From positions 224,001 to 288,000 of the forward strand of contig CAWDSQ010000007.1 of NCBI GenBank assembly GCA_963804955.1: a stretch of DNA of 64,000 nucleotides, in the 5' to 3' direction. The notes beneath the pieces are model-generated. The model was not told where the DNA came from and did no database searches. It saw only the letters and a list, made by a program, of their open reading frames with translations. Of this stretch, positions 33,865-44,219 are shown in pieces. This DNA comes from an uncultured delta proteobacterium. Its GTDB lineage: Bacteria > Desulfobacterota > WTBG01 > CAIYCZ01 > CAIRTM01. A program made the position numbers and the translations under genes. Position 1 is the stretch's first letter; every line of letters starts with the position of its first letter.

Positions 33865-34341
33865 ATGCACCGTAAGATATTTAAAGCAATACTGAAAGCA
33901 ATGCCGAAATCCGGCGGCACGGATACCGGCCGCAGCAGCAGTGCAGACAGAGAGCTGCAGATTGCAACCTGCGCGCTTCTTCTTGACATTGCTCATGCTG
34001 ACAATGAGTTTTCACCGGAAGAGGAGCTGAAAATAGAGCAGCTTATGCGCGGTCATTTCGCGCTGTCGGAAGAGGCTTTTCTTGAAATAAAAAAGCTCTC
34101 CGAGCAGAAGCTCAAAGGCAGCATCGACCTGTGGCAGTTTGCCAAAACAATAAAAGAGCAGTATTCCTACCGGCAAAAAGAGAAAATTATCGAGATGCTG
34201 TGGGCTGTTATTTACACTGACGACTCGCTGCATGCCCACGAAGACTATCTTGTGCACAAGCTTGCAACAGTGCTCAACCTTGATCATGGAAAGCTGATTG
34301 ACGCAAAGATGAAAATCCTCGGGCAAAGAAAGGCGGACTGA
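33865..34341 (+). CDS. TerB family protein
   Basis: ALLLDIAHADNEFSPEE, IEMLWAVIYTD...HEDYLV. Confidence 0.85.
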   Translation: MHRKIFKAILKAMPKSGGTDTGRSSSADRELQIATCALLLDIAHADNEFSPEEELKIEQLMRGHFALSEEAFLEIKKLSEQKLKGSIDLWQFAKTIKEQYSYRQKEKIIEMLWAVIYTDDSLHAHEDYLVHKLATVLNLDHGKLIDAKMKILGQRKAD

Positions 34342-34475
34342 AACAGCAGGTATTGAAAGAGTTGCCCGCGAAAAAGCGGGACGTCACCCTGAATAGTTCC
34401 TGCAATACAGTTAATTCAGCAACGTTCCCTGGCTGCCCCTTGAAGTTATTGATATAGTTATGGGACGCACCCTGG

Positions 34476-35081
34476 TCATTCCCTGCCGTCATTCACCCTG
34501 TCTATATTCTGCCGCTGGCGTATTAAAAAATTGCTGCTCGGAGCCCCGGTGGATGGCGCTGGTGATGCATCCCCTGCAGCCCCCGCTTTATTGGGTGTTA
34601 CTACAGCTTTTGTAACAGTGCTGCTATTTTGACCCGGCGGTTTCAGCTGTGGATCTGACCAAACCCCCAGTGAACGTTTTTGGGCCAGGCTTACAGACAA
34701 ATCGTAGGGATGTTTTTTATTTTTCTCCAGTAACGGCCAGGCTAACCCTTTCCGGACAAGCTCCCGGTTAATGGAATCCTGCTTTTTGGAAGAAAAAACT
34801 TCTGCGGTTATGATATTTTCTTGAGAACTGATCATAGTAATTCTGAGCATCTGGTTTAAAGCAAGACTTTCAAGATAGCGCTTTGCCTCAGCCCCGAATT
34901 TTTGTTGAGGCTCCGGAGCAATAATATATGCCAGCTGCACGGTATACTGTTTTCCATTTGCACGTATCAAGAGCGTGTCAGCATCTACCACCGTCTCGCA
35001 GACCGCATTAAAGTTCTCGGCAAAGGCCGGACAGGCCAGGAGCATAATCCCTGCAATAAAGAAAAAATATTTTTTAAGCAT
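34476..35081 (-). CDS. Thermonuclease (SNase) family protein, exported, catalytic motifs degenerate
   Basis: VVDADT, LAYIIAPE..QKFGAEA, INRELVRKGLAW, GVWS. Confidence 0.8.
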   Translation of the reverse strand: MLKKYFFFIAGIMLLACPAFAENFNAVCETVVDADTLLIRANGKQYTVQLAYIIAPEPQQKFGAEAKRYLESLALNQMLRITMISSQENIITAEVFSSKKQDSINRELVRKGLAWPLLEKNKKHPYDLSVSLAQKRSLGVWSDPQLKPPGQNSSTVTKAVVTPNKAGAAGDASPAPSTGAPSSNFLIRQRQNIDRVNDGRE

Positions 35082-35178
35082 ACTAATCTCTCCCCTGGTA
35101 GTGTTCTTAATGTCGTCAGCACACCAGCGCCACAGGCTATGTTCCCTGAAAAAGGCAGCCAATCAAGCCACCCTCTAT

Positions 35179-35344
35179 GAGATTGTGTCGCAATTAAAAA
35201 AAGATGTCATCTCGACCAAAGGGAGAGATCTTTGCCTGAAGCAAAAGCAAAGCCTTAAGATTGCTGCGCGGTGGCGCAACCTGCGGTCTCACCGCCTGCG
35301 GCGGATTCGAAATGACAGTACAAAACTAATTATGACACAGCCTC
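35179..35344. mobile_element. MITE copy 1, TSD TAT
   Basis: GAGATTGTGTCGCAATT...AATTATGACACAGCCTC flanked by TAT/TAT. Confidence 0.8.
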
Positions 35345-35970
35345 TATGCTGGCGGTTGCTGCCTGCCTCCCCGCCACCGGCTCGAACCATCGCATGTCTC
35401 TTCTTGTTTAATAGGGTCAAAGTCAGGCTGCCGTCAAGGGCTTCATTGATATTTTCGGCATTATTGCAATAAATCTGAATGAGTTTCCGGCCATTGCTGC
35501 TGTGGTTTTGAGTAAAGAAAGGCGGCCTGAAACAGGCATTCATTGACAAAAAAAAACCGGCTGCAACAACCGCCGGCCAAAACACCTGAAAAACAGTGCT
35601 GTGGGGGTGTTGAAAAACCCCATTAAGTCATTCTGAGCGCAGCGAAGAATCTCTATCTTTTTGAATTTTCTAAGCCCGAATGGGACCTTCACTTTGCAGA
35701 TGCGCTCCTGAAAACCATGGCTATCCCCTGTTTTCCTGTCCGCAAAAGCCGTCACCACCAAAAAAAATCATGAATAAAATTTTTTGCGTGCTATATAGAA
35801 ATCTTAAGCAGCAATGCACGGGCACAAGATAGTGCGCTAAAGACACTTCAGGGTCAGGAGTCTCGTCTGACCTCCGCCCCGCTGTGGAGCACAGAGTTTG
35901 TTGTAAATTTTTTATCATATCTACAAATAGAGTTAAATGAAGTTAAACGTATAAAGCAGAAGAGGGTTCT

Positions 35971-37002
35971 ATGCAGCTAATAAAATCAATATCCCTGCTG
36001 TCTGTGATCGGCTCTCTGTTTCTGTGCTCATCTGCCTTTGCCTATCAATCGGGGAACTTTACGTACACGGTAACAAACCAAACGGTCACAATCACTGGCT
36101 ATTCCGGTCCCGGCGGAGCAGTTGCAATTCCAGATACCATTACCAGCATGCCGGTAAGCGGCATCGGGGATAGTGCGTTTTATTGTCAAACCCGTATGAC
36201 CGGTGTCACCATCCCGAACAGCGTTACGAGGATTGGAGCACAGGCGTTTCGAAACTGCACCGGTTTGACCAGCGTTAGCATACCGGGAAGCGTTACGAGC
36301 ATTGGGACATATGCGTTTCAATTTTGCAGCGGCCTGACCAGCCTTACCATACAAAATGGCGTTACGAGCATTGGCTACAGTGCGTTTGGAAATTGCACGG
36401 CCTTAATAAGCGTAACCATACCGGGCAGTGTGAGAAGCATTGCTGGTTCTGCGTTTTCATACTGCGACAGTTTGAGCGGTGCATATTTTTACGGAAATGC
36501 GCCGGCGATGGGGCCGAATGTTTTCCTTAACTGCGCAGGCGGTTTTACCGTTTACTATACTGCCGGAGCCACGGGGTTTACCAATCCGTGGTATGGCTAT
36601 CCAACGGAGGAGTCTAACCCGCCTCCGTCAACCAGCACCACTGTGCCGGTAGCGACGACAGTGCCAGCAAGCACAACGACGAAGCCGTCCACGTCAACGA
36701 CGTCCGCATCAACGAGTATAAGCACAACATCATCATCGGCTGCTTCATCAACAACTACTACTCCGCCGAAGTCCACCACAACCTCTGCACCGCCGAAGCC
36801 AACCACCTCCACTACCAGTGCCTGCAACGTATCAGGTGATACCGATGGCGACGGTATGCCCGATACGCTCGATAACTGCCCGAATGGTTTCAATCCCAAT
36901 CAGCTGGATGCGAATGGTAACGACATAGGAGATTGCTGCGACCCGGCACCCGGCTGCGGCGGCGACGGACAGGCAACATGTGATACGGTGTGCGGGCAGT
37001 AG
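35971..37002 (+). CDS. BspA-type leucine-rich repeat surface protein with Thr/Ser linker and TSP3-like Ca-binding repeat
   Basis: Signal peptide; repeated VTIPxSVTxIGxxAFxxCxxL; DTDGDGMPDTLDNCP. Confidence 0.9.
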   Translation: MQLIKSISLLSVIGSLFLCSSAFAYQSGNFTYTVTNQTVTITGYSGPGGAVAIPDTITSMPVSGIGDSAFYCQTRMTGVTIPNSVTRIGAQAFRNCTGLTSVSIPGSVTSIGTYAFQFCSGLTSLTIQNGVTSIGYSAFGNCTALISVTIPGSVRSIAGSAFSYCDSLSGAYFYGNAPAMGPNVFLNCAGGFTVYYTAGATGFTNPWYGYPTEESNPPPSTSTTVPVATTVPASTTTKPSTSTTSASTSISTTSSSAASSTTTTPPKSTTTSAPPKPTTSTTSACNVSGDTDGDGMPDTLDNCPNGFNPNQLDANGNDIGDCCDPAPGCGGDGQATCDTVCGQ

Positions 37003-37043
37003 TCGGAGTATGGGGTAACGGATTAATCCTCTGAAGAATCATC

Positions 37044-37082
37044 AAGGCCCAACTACCAGAGATGGTGGTTGGGCCTTTTTTG
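37044..37082 (+). terminator. Intrinsic terminator
   Basis: AAGGCCCAACTACCA-GAGA-TGGTGGTTGGGCC followed by T6. Confidence 0.8.
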
Positions 37083-37111
37083 TAAAAGTCCACAGGAGAT
37101 GTCACTACAGT

Positions 37112-37252
37112 GATGCTCTGAGTCAATGCTATGACCGCAGCAAGGTTCAGTTTGCATCATCTGGGATTGCTAAGCGCAGGAAAATGCTGCAGTCGTATAA
37201 ATCCCCGTGCCACACCGCAAGCTGGAGCGGGATACCGGAGGGAAGGCGATAG
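37112..37252 (+). pseudogene. Degenerate UmuC 3' tail, copy 2
   Basis: Homologous to 41226-41397. Confidence 0.6.
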
Positions 37253-37415
37253 TTAAGGCAGATGGCGCAGGCCGGATAGTGATTTAATCATGGTCTTTAT
37301 ATGCTCTTGAGACCAAGCCGTGCAAGAAGCTATTGTGTTAAACAGCCTCCCTTTTTCTCCCATCCCCTGCAGCCCTGAGGATGAGCCATGAGCAGAGCTG
37401 TGTGCGCCACCTCTG

Positions 37416-37823
37416 CTACAGCACCGCCTGCTGTTTATACAGCGCATTGGGCAGGCACTGCATGGTCGCTTTGATCAGATCTTCCTGCTGGAAAGGTTTG
37501 CTCAGATATCCGTCAAACATGCCGCTTATCCGTTCCGTCACGTCACCGGAGGCATGGCCGGTCATGACCAGCAGCGGAATGTTTTTAACAGCTTTATCAG
37601 TTTTCAAAATGACGACCGCCTCGTAGCCGTTCATCACCGGCATCTGTATGTCCAGCAGAATCAGGTCGGGCGCGCACGCGCGGGCCATATCAACAGCATC
37701 CCGGCCATTAGCTCCCTCGATCAGATCAAAGTCGTACTCATCGTAAAACAATTTGATCAGCTCACGGATATGCGCAGTGTCATCGACAATCAGTATGCGC
37801 GGCTTTCCAGACATTGCAGTCAT
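37416..37823 (-). CDS. Single-domain response regulator
   Basis: ILIVDD, LLDIQMPVMNG, MTG, SKP. Confidence 0.92.
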   Translation of the reverse strand: MTAMSGKPRILIVDDTAHIRELIKLFYDEYDFDLIEGANGRDAVDMARACAPDLILLDIQMPVMNGYEAVVILKTDKAVKNIPLLVMTGHASGDVTERISGMFDGYLSKPFQQEDLIKATMQCLPNALYKQQAVL

Positions 37824-38091
37824 AGCAGTCCCCTTCTTTCATTGGATTAACTCTACAGAAGTACAACCCTGTCCTTCGTGCAAAAAAACCCCTTCCTGAA
37901 GCTGAAAAAAGGCCGGCTGTGACATACATTTTCACTACCGGCAGTCTCTGATTATTCAGCACCTGTGCTGTCTGCCGTTATGCCCTCATGCGCTCTTTTC
38001 GGTTGTCTGCGACGCTGCGTTTCTCTGCATGTTTTCAATACAGAGAGCACCTCCGGCCATAGAGAACAAAACATGTTTTATTCAATTTTTA

Positions 38092-38108
38092 TTACATATA
38101 CTGTGCCA
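38092..38108 (-). promoter_or_regulatory. Possible sigma54 promoter
   Basis: Minus strand TTGGCACAGTATATGTA; the -12 element deviates from TTGC. Confidence 0.3.
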
Positions 38109-38506
38109 ACAACAATGCCGTCTTTGCTTGCAACTCCATTGACAATAAAAAATTTAAAAATCATTCTAAATTAAATGATTTTTTTTGAAAAATATCTGGA
38201 AGGATTCTTTTTCAGTCCTGAGAAATGATGGCTAAAGCCGGCATCTATTCAAAATGAGTAATAATTGGCAAATAAAATTACTCATAATGAATACGACATG
38301 CTGCTGTAAAAAACCGTATCTCTCTCCATCAAAAAACAACAGTACAAAACAGCCCCCCGAGATGTGAACTGAAAAGCCGGCCACGACAGGTCAGGCCGGA
38401 GGGCAGCCAGAGGCCCGATGGTTTACATACTGTTCCGGCAGGTGCAGGCGGCAACAAGGCAAGACCGGGGAGGGGCAAGGCTGCGAAAATTCCAAACTGC
38501 TAAGCT

Positions 38507-38869
38507 TTACTGGAACGCAAGGGATACTTCCGGATTTCTTTTAACAAGCTGGCGGATCATGATGTCGCTTAATATACTCGTGAACTTTATGCCGCCTGTT
38601 ACCTTATATGGGCTTTCCTTTACCCACATGACTTCGGCCTCAACAGGAATATGCAGGATCGTGTTTGGTATGGAAATTTCCATTACAAGAACAACTCCGC
38701 GCTTAATGCTTTCAGTCTGCGGAAAGTTTACAGTCGCACCGCTTGAGCTCAGATTTATAATCCGGCATTCATACTGCCGCGTGTCCTGTTCCCTGATGGA
38801 GCAGCGCGTTTTGAGGTTAACATCAAAACGAGCCTTGGCGCGCATATGTGCATATGAAGATTTTCCCAT
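38507..38869 (-). CDS. PilZ domain protein
   Basis: RAKAR (RxxxR) and NLSSSG motifs. Confidence 0.85.
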   Translation of the reverse strand: MGKSSYAHMRAKARFDVNLKTRCSIREQDTRQYECRIINLSSSGATVNFPQTESIKRGVVLVMEISIPNTILHIPVEAEVMWVKESPYKVTGGIKFTSILSDIMIRQLVKRNPEVSLAFQ

Positions 38870-39458
38870 ATTTTAATTGTTCCTGTGCCGATTTTAAATT
38901 GTATGTAATAAAAAGTAAAAATGCAGACTAAAAGAGGTCTGCCCGGACAACATAGCCTGCTCTGTTTTTTATCCGACATCTGCCTGTGGGACGAAGAATA
39001 GAAAAAAACACCCCATAAAGCAATAGCACCAGAGGCTATTATTTAGGCACTAAGGGGCCTGAGGAGCGGGGGCAGAAAAAATATTGCCAATCATGTCTGT
39101 TGCGGGCCTGAACCGGTGCCTGCATTTCGGGCGAGACATTCCCGAACCGGCATTACGAGATTTACAGCCCTTCGAATATTTTGAACAAAACGATAAAAAA
39201 GAGCGGCTGTGCGTGTCGTGCACATCCGCCCTGTATCATCTGACTCTTTTGATGCCGATTTAAAATACCTGCACCCGGTTTTCCACCTGCAAATGCGGCA
39301 CCCGTTTGAACTCCTTTGCATTGCTGGCAACAGGCAACTACCGACTTCTGAAATTTTATGTTTAGCCAGAAAGTCAAGAAACAATCAGCGGCTGTTGTCC
39401 CCCTATTGTTGTTCGCAGGCCTGATAGTAATTTATGTATGAACGTCCCCTGGTCAGCC

Positions 39459-39752
39459 CTATGCGCCAACTGCGGCACGCAGTTCTCCAACTTTTATTTT
39501 CTTCTGCCCGGCATGCCAGAGGTCGAGTTTTGACTGCATATACAACCAGCTTTCCGGCGTGGTGCCTGTTGCAAGGGCGATTTTTACGGCCATGTCCGGT
39601 GTCACAGGACCCCTGCCGTTTAAAATTGCAGACAGTGTTTTACGCGACGTGCGCAAACGTTTTGCGGCTTCCGTTATCGTAAGTCCCAGGGGGACCAAAA
39701 CATCCTCCCGTAAAACTTCTCCGGGATGTGTGGGTTTGCGTTTGTTAATCAT
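39459..39752 (-). CDS. higA: HigA family antitoxin
   Basis: PTHPGEVLRED, HTH, VTPDMA, WLYMQ. Confidence 0.92.
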   Translation of the reverse strand: MINKRKPTHPGEVLREDVLVPLGLTITEAAKRLRTSRKTLSAILNGRGPVTPDMAVKIALATGTTPESWLYMQSKLDLWHAGQKKIKVGELRAAVGA

Positions 39753-39774
39753 GATGTGTGCTCCTTGAAAATAG

Positions 39775-40053
39775 TCAGTGATAATCCCTGTAATCGACGA
39801 TCACAGCATCTGCCCCTTCAAATTGAAAAGTAACCCGCCAGTTGCCGTTTACCCGGACCGACCAGGAGTCCTTCTCTTTGCCCGGCAGCCGGTGCAGTTT
39901 AAAGCCGGGCAGATTCATGTCCTCGGGGCATGCTGATGCGTCCAGGCGGTCAAGTATGCGGGCCAGCCTGGGGGCATGGTCCGGCATTATTTTACTGCAG
40001 TCATCATGGTGGAAAAACTTTTCCAGCCCTTTATGCCTGAATGATTTAATCAT
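39775..40053 (-). CDS. higB: HigB-like (RelE/ParE superfamily) toxin
   Basis: MIKSFRHKGL, PGFKLH, WSVRVNGNWRVTF, DYH; operator-like palindrome TGTAAC-N7-GTTACA at 40070-40088. Confidence 0.92.
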   Translation of the reverse strand: MIKSFRHKGLEKFFHHDDCSKIMPDHAPRLARILDRLDASACPEDMNLPGFKLHRLPGKEKDSWSVRVNGNWRVTFQFEGADAVIVDYRDYH

Positions 40054-40261
40054 GTCTCCATATATAACATGTAACCTAATGCGTTACAAGCAGTTTTAGC
40101 AATTGCCAGTGTATGCTGCTGTTGGCATGCGGATCAGCATGAAAACTGTGCATAGCGCGGATAGTAAAAACAAAGCGTGCTGACACCTGTTCTTGTTTTT
40201 TCGTTCTATGGTTTTCCCGATGGATGTTCCCGGTTGTTTTTTAGACCCACTAAAATACAGG

Positions 40262-40289
40262 TTGCATAATATATAAAAACTTATATAAT
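40262..40289 (+). promoter_or_regulatory. TA promoter with overlapping operator
   Basis: TTGCAT...TATAAT with internal IR TATATAA-AAAC-TTATATA. Confidence 0.5.
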
Positions 40290-40296
40290 TGAAAAT

Positions 40297-40872
40297 ATGA
40301 ATACTGTCGTGAAAGCACTTAAGTTCATTGGGTCGAGTCTGGACGATCTACGGAATTTCCCGGATGAAGCCCGGCGGGCTGCCGGATTTGAGTTTCATGC
40401 GGTTCAAAGCGGTTTTGATCCAAACGACTGGAAGCCCATGCAGGCCATCGGCCCCGGCGTAAAAGAGATTCGTATTCATGTGCTGGGCGAGTGGCGCGTT
40501 ATCTATGTAGCTTAGCCAACAACCACCCGCATAGAGCCTGTGTCGCAATTTACTTTGCTGTCATCTCGACCGAAGGGAGAGATCTTTGTAGTAAGTAAAA
40601 TCAAGGGGCTTAAGATTTCTCACCGCCTGCGGCGGATTCGAAATGACATTAATAAATCAATTGTGACACAGCCTCATAGCGGGGGGGGGATTTCGCTAAA
40701 GCGAAATCAAAAAACACATAGTGTTTATGTTGCCTTTTTCAGAAACGCATGTTTCTGAAATCAGTTCAGCGACGCAGTTTATGTGCTGCACGCATTCAAG
40801 AAAAAAAGTCAAAAAACGAGCCGCCAGGATATCGAACTGGCGCGTCAAAGGTACAACCGCATTGGAGGTTAA
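40297..40872 (+). pseudogene. RelE/Gp49-like toxin interrupted by a ~250 bp insertion
   Basis: ...GVKEIRI...WRVIYVA stops at 40513; FSDAVYVLHAFKKKSQKT...ELARQR resumes near 40765. Confidence 0.85.
40534..40675. mobile_element. MITE copy 2, TSD ATA
   Basis: GAGCCTGTGTCGCAATT...AATTGTGACACAGCCTC flanked by ATA/ATA. Confidence 0.85.
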
Positions 40873-40876
40873 AGTA

Positions 40877-41161
40877 ATGAACGATGACATTATTAAATCT
40901 TCCGGCAGCGTTTTTGCTGATCTCGGTTTTCCACCGGATGAAGCCGCTATTCTTCAGATGCGTGCCGACCTTATGGCTGATCTGCGCAAACTCATCAAAG
41001 CGAAAAAATTAACGCAGGCCAAAGCGGCAACAATTTTCGGGGTGACGCAGTCCAGGGTATCAGATCTCATGCGCGGCAAATGGGAGAGATTCAGTCTTGA
41101 AATGCTCATTACGCTTGCAACAAAGGCGGGCATGCATGTCAGCTTGAAAACAGCGGCATAA
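40877..41161 (+). CDS. XRE/HTH antitoxin
   Basis: SSGSVFADLGF, LTQAKAA, QSRVSDL, FSLEML. Confidence 0.9.
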   Translation: MNDDIIKSSGSVFADLGFPPDEAAILQMRADLMADLRKLIKAKKLTQAKAATIFGVTQSRVSDLMRGKWERFSLEMLITLATKAGMHVSLKTAA

Positions 41162-41225
41162 CGCTGGCTTCAAAACAAAGGGCGCTGACCCCTGTTCTTG
41201 TTTTTGCTGAGCGGAGAGGGAATTT

Positions 41226-41397
41226 ATTAGATCAAAAAGCCATGATGCAGGCAATAGATTCCCTGAATCAACGCTATGGCCGCAACACGGTTCAGTTTGC
41301 ATCATCGGGCATAGATAAGCGCTGGAAAATGCTGCAGTCGCAAAAATCGCCGTGCTTTACCACATGACGGGGCGAGATACCGGCTGTGAAGGCATGA
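41226..41397 (+). pseudogene. UmuC 3' tail (DUF4113-like), copy 3, best preserved
   Basis: Translates as MMQAIDSLNQRYGRNTVQFASSGIDKRWKMLQSQKSPCFTT*RGEIPAVKA*. Confidence 0.75.
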
Positions 41398-41433
41398 GAC
41401 AGACAGGCGGTGCAGGCCAGATAGTGATTTATG

Positions 41434-41536
41434 TATGAACGCCCCGCAGTCCTACTCAAACAATTCAACTAATTCAACAACGTTAAGTTCCTAAAAAATT
41501 TTCTTGAAAAGCATTAAATACAACCGTCCCCTTTTA
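41434..41536 (+). repeat. ~103 bp direct repeat, copy A
   Basis: Near-identical to 46422-46525. Confidence 0.85.
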
Positions 41537-41602
41537 GATGTTTACAGCCAATTTCTGCAACCTGGGGGGGGGAGGGCGTTTGTGTACTTTGTAGGATGGC
41601 CC

Positions 41603-42723
41603 CTAAGTGCCGTCATTCTCAACAAGTGAATAGCTTGTGCTTCTGCCTCCTGCGGGATCCTTCTTCAGCAGGTTCTGTTTCACAAGGTCATCAATATCGC
41701 GACCGGCAGTATCCTGAGAACATTTTGTGATTTTTGCCCATTTTGACGACGTGAGTTTTCCTTCGAATCCATCAATCAATAGATTGAGCATATGTCGTTG
41801 GCGATCGTTCAACGGCTGCTGCGCAAGTTTTTTCCAAAGAGTTGCTTTGCGGATGACATTTGCCAATATGGTCTCGGCGCCATCGAACGCTCGATTGAGG
41901 CAGCTCAGGAACCAATCGAGATATTCCGTGATATCAAGATCGCCTTTCTGCATTTCTTCCAGACGAGTCGTAGTATTTTCCCTGTTCTGCCTTTATCTGG
42001 GCAGAGATGCTGTAAAAGCGCTGAGCGCTGCGCTCTGAGCGAGCCAGCATCATGTCAGCGAGCGCGCGACCGATGCGACCGTTTCCATCGTCGAAGGGAT
42101 GAATGGTCTCAAACCAAAGATGCGCTGTGGCGGCTTTAAGAATGGGATCGACATTGGGTTGCTCTGTATTAAACCACTTTATGAACGCACCCATTTCTTT
42201 ATCGATACGCGTTGCGGCAGGCGCTTCGTAGTGAACATGTTCGCGTCCATAGGGGCCGGAAACAACCTGCATGGGCCCGGATTCAGCCGTTCGCCATTTG
42301 CCGACAGTAATCTTCAAAAGGCCGCTGTATCCTGTCGGGAACAATGCTGCGTGCCAACCGAAGAGCCTCTCTTTTGTAATCGGTTTATCGTAGTTCTGTG
42401 TTGCATCGATGATCATTTGAACAACACCATCGACATTTCTGTCTGACGGTGTCAGTGCGCCGATATCGACGCCAAGCCGCCGCGCGAGAGAAGAACGAAC
42501 CTGATCCCGATTGAGCTGCTGCCCTTCAATTTCGCTGGATTTTACGACTTCCTCCGTCAGGGTGTCGCAAAACGGCTTCGTCGCGCAGCTTGATGCCGAA
42601 AGCCTCTATGCGCCCAAAGAGCTGCCCTTGCCGATAACGTACAGCAGCGAGTTTTTGTGCAAGATGGTCGTTATCCCAACGAAAATGGGGCCAATCGGCT
42701 CTTTGATATATGTAGGTAGTCAT
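41603..42723 (-). CDS. Fic family protein with DUF4172-type N-terminus (frameshifted)
   Basis: YIYQRADWPHFRWD; HPFDDGNGRIGR; C-terminal wHTH (SQDTAGRDI, GGRSTSY). Confidence 0.88.
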
Positions 42724-43062
42724 AATCTCCGCACCTTTCGCGTAGATTATAGCACTTTTTCTCCGCATAAGCAATCATATTCGCCGCATATATTGCGGAG
42801 AATAAAGCGGCTAATCTCCGCAATTGATTGATCCTTGCTTTGGGCTGGGCAGACTAGAGATGAGGGTTGTTCAATACAAAGTTTGCCGCAGGAAGCACTT
42901 CCTGGGTGGGGGGATTTAGTAAGTGGTTGCCTGCTCTAACTCCCGCACGTTGTGCAAAATATGTATTCAGGAGCTGCGGAAAAGCTAAGTCAACAACGTC
43001 CCCCTAGTTAGACCTTTCTGCTCTATGTTAGTAGATGATAAAACCCTTTTTCAAATACCCCT

Positions 43063-44061
43063 TTACAGCCGGTTGCGACGTCTGGCTGAATGCCGATCCA
43101 TGCGCGAATGTTCGTCATCCTGCTTCCTGCCTGCGGGCTTTGCAAAAGCTGCAAGGTGCAGTATGTGCCCCTGGTGCTCAAAGGCAAACCCGATCACCGA
43201 GTCCGATTCAAGCCGTATGTCTTCACCCTCAGATACGGATTTGCGATGCTCTGCTGTTGCATCTGCCATGCCGGCGATAAACTGCCTTGCTGCGTCACCA
43301 TGAGATCCTTCAAGCTTCAGATCAGGATCATACCAGTCCGTGGCATCAAGGGCGTAGCTCTTCACAAGCTTTGCAAACACCTTCCCGAACGTGTCGGGTC
43401 CGGCAAAGCTGTCAAGGCCTGCAACTTTCCCGTTTATCAGAAATACAGCACCGGCCTGATTTTCGGCCCTGGTAAAGTTTTGCAGGTAGTCTTCAAGGGA
43501 AATTCTGTCCTTTTCGTAAATTTCTGACATGGCCATGCTACCGGATACGGCCTTCCTGCGCCGCGCCTTCTTGTCTATGGAATTCCATATCTCTCCCTGG
43601 TCAGAACAATAGGAGGCATTAATTTTGAGCGAGTGGTTTACGTGAACGGCCTTCTCCGCCCTGATATTCGGACAGAGCAGGCGCTCATGGCTGAAAAACT
43701 TGCCGGAGGCGTAGGACCACCGGCCCTGTTCCACGCAGCTCACCGGGATTATCACCTTTGACATGGCAGCGATGAGAATGGTGGCGTTGACGATACGGTT
43801 CTGCTTGGCCCCTACCAGCTCTTCGCCGTCCAGGATGAGCACCTGCTTGCTTGCCTTATTGATCACCTGCAGCTCAGGCACTGAGCCTCCCGTGCTCACC
43901 TCTCCAACTTCGATGAGCCCGCCCTGCAGCGCCTCGTCAAGAAGCAGGTAGTCGGCCTGTTCCGTACCACTGGTCAAAAGCGGCACCATGCTCAAATTTT
44001 TATAGGCTTGAGCCGGCCCCGTGGTGATGGTTGTGATATAGGTTTTAAGACTTTCGTTCAT
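43063..44061 (-). CDS. ARPP-1/DUF6569-like protein
   Basis: GSVPEL, LDGEELVGAKQNR, PVSCVEQGRW, SDQGEIW, SYALDA; family assignment from recall. Confidence 0.75.
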   Translation of the reverse strand: MNESLKTYITTITTGPAQAYKNLSMVPLLTSGTEQADYLLLDEALQGGLIEVGEVSTGGSVPELQVINKASKQVLILDGEELVGAKQNRIVNATILIAAMSKVIIPVSCVEQGRWSYASGKFFSHERLLCPNIRAEKAVHVNHSLKINASYCSDQGEIWNSIDKKARRRKAVSGSMAMSEIYEKDRISLEDYLQNFTRAENQAGAVFLINGKVAGLDSFAGPDTFGKVFAKLVKSYALDATDWYDPDLKLEGSHGDAARQFIAGMADATAEHRKSVSEGEDIRLESDSVIGFAFEHQGHILHLAAFAKPAGRKQDDEHSRMDRHSARRRNRL

Positions 44062-44099
44062 GGCCTCTCCTTTGACTTTTCCGGTTAATCTTACCTTTA

Positions 44100-44131
44100 A
44101 GAATAGCAGGGCACTGTGTCAGGGAAGGTCA
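44100..44131 (-). promoter_or_regulatory. Candidate WYL-activated promoter of the ARPP-1-like gene
   Basis: Minus strand TGACC-TTCCC-TGACAC-N10-TATTCT. Confidence 0.45.
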
Positions 44132-44219
44132 AAACGAATTAAAAAATATTGTTATTTATTGTAAAAAATTGATATATTTTAATTTCATTGTGGTCTTTTT
44201 TTACGTCAGGGAGGATTTT

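Noticed and set aside
40540..40758. Small ORFs at 40540, 48123-48437 and 56362 as a repeated protein family
   Set aside because: They are translations of the MITE sequence
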